Made by a program: the position numbers and the translations under genes | Part shown: in pieces, positions 63,120 through 64,000 of the stretch | How positions within the stretch are numbered: the stretch's first letter is position 1 | Layout of the letters: every line of letters starts with the position of its first letter | The notes under the pieces: model-generated | The model's database searches: none | Seen by the model: only the letters and a program-made list of their open reading frames with translations | What the model was told of the DNA's origin: nothing | Source: Candidatus Marinacidobacterales bacterium | GTDB lineage: Bacteria; Acidobacteriota; Vicinamibacteria; Marinacidobacterales; DATDRI01 | DNA length: 64,000 bases | Direction: 5' to 3' | NCBI GenBank assembly: GCA_965219415.1 | Contig: OZ244742.1 | Coordinates: forward strand, 960,001-1,024,000

Positions 63120-64000
63120 GCCTCCTGGGCCTCCACCACCGCGATCGCCGCCATGTTCACGATCTCATCCACTTCCGCCCCCCGCTGCAACACGTGCACC
63201 GGTTTGCGCAAGCCCATGAGGATAGGCCCGATCGCTTCCGCCTCACCCAGCCGCTGCATGAGCTTGTAGGCGGAGTTGCCCGCCTCGAGGCTGGGGAAAA
63301 TGAGGACGTTCGCTTCCGAGCTTAGAGTGCTGAAGGGATAGGTCTCGGTCAAGATCTCTCCCACCACGGCGGTGTCGGCTTGCATCTCACCATCGACCTC
63401 GAGCTCCGGGGCTCGCTGGCGCACGAGCTCGGTGGCAAGGCGGACCTTGTCGGACAGCGGATGGCGGGTACTTCCGAAGTTCGAGAACGACAACATCGCA
63501 ACACGGGGCTCGATGCCGAAGCGTCGAGCAACTTCTGCGGTGCCGATGGCGATCTCCGCTAAATCTTCGGCGGTGGGCTCGATGTTAACCGTCGTGTCTG
63601 CGAAAAACTTGACGTCGTCTTTGAAGATCATCATGTAGACGCCCGCCACTTTCCTAACATCGCTCTTGATGCGAATGACCTGGAGCGCGGGGCGAATCGT
63701 ATCCGGATAGTGTTGGGTGAGGCCGGCGACCATCGCGTCGGCGTCGCCGAGGTTCACCATCATCGAACCGAAGACGTTGTGATTGTTCATGAGCTCCTGA
63801 GCCTCGCTGCGCGTGACGCCTCGCCGGTTGCGTAGCTTGTAGAGTTCTTCCACATAGCGATCGAACTCGGGCGAGCTCCGGGGCAGAACGACCGAGGCAC
63901 CGTGGAACTCGAGGCCCAGCTCTTTCATTTTCTCTCGCACGACATCCGGGCGACCCAATAGGATCGGCTGCGCCACGTGCTCGTCGATGAGAACATGAGC
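63116..64000 (-). CDS. maeB: NADP-dependent malic enzyme, C-terminal PTA-like domain (partial)
   Basis: FADTTVN, AMLSFSNFGS, DGEMQAD, GPILMG, PVHVLQ; frame open to the window edge. Confidence 0.85.
   Translation of the reverse strand, partial: AHVLIDEHVAQPILLGRPDVVREKMKELGLEFHGASVVLPRSSPEFDRYVEELYKLRNRRGVTRSEAQELMNNHNVFGSMMVNLGDADAMVAGLTQHYPDTIRPALQVIRIKSDVRKVAGVYMMIFKDDVKFFADTTVNIEPTAEDLAEIAIGTAEVARRFGIEPRVAMLSFSNFGSTRHPLSDKVRLATELVRQRAPELEVDGEMQADTAVVGEILTETYPFSTLSSEANVLIFPSLEAGNSAYKLMQRLGEAEAIGPILMGLRKPVHVLQRGAEVDEIVNMAAIAVVEAQEA

Noticed and set aside
3856-63638. Numerous long antisense or alternate-frame ORFs in the ORF track
   Set aside because: Shadow ORFs expected in high-GC coding DNA; Arg/Pro/Ser-rich with no motifs
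1-64000. CRISPR array, tRNA, rRNA, integron attC array or prophage
   Set aside because: No regularly spaced repeat-spacer array, cloverleaf, integrase or phage structural gene was recognised

Overview
GC-rich bacterial chromosome segment. The gene content suggests Acidobacteriota, possibly Vicinamibacteria-like, but this is inference only. No rRNA, tRNA or CRISPR array was seen. From left to right: a small Tudor-like basic protein; a lipoprotein split by an IS256 element (38-bp IRs, 8-bp TSD); Lhr helicase; an exported cyanophycinase; two back-to-back VapBC modules; a heavily decayed periplasmic/outer-membrane island (EEP, HdeA-like, beta-barrels, MBL hydrolase, PafA, sulfatase); a MazEF cassette flanked by 60-bp direct repeats; DmpA; a head-to-head Elp3 + Trm9-like methyltransferase pair; ATP-dependent DNA ligase; a membrane pyrophosphatase with a structured leader; Na+ symporters; a ToxR/CadC-like regulator with an 11-bp phased repeat; GGDEF-PilZ; an ABC exporter; MscS; proteases; a reduced complex I operon (nuoABCDHIJKN + ferredoxin, no EFG/LM); IDH; and the 3' part of MaeB. 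Best candidates for new biology: (1) a bacterial Elp3-Trm9 module that would make eukaryote/archaea-type mcm5U at tRNA wobble U34; (2) integrase-free inserts (TA cassettes, a REP-like element) flanked by two copies of the upstream gene's 3' tail; (3) a one-antiporter, ferredoxin-linked complex I operon; (4) a candidate Na+-sensing leader on hppA. All family calls come from motif recognition by eye, not database searches. Some single-base frameshifts may be sequencing errors.
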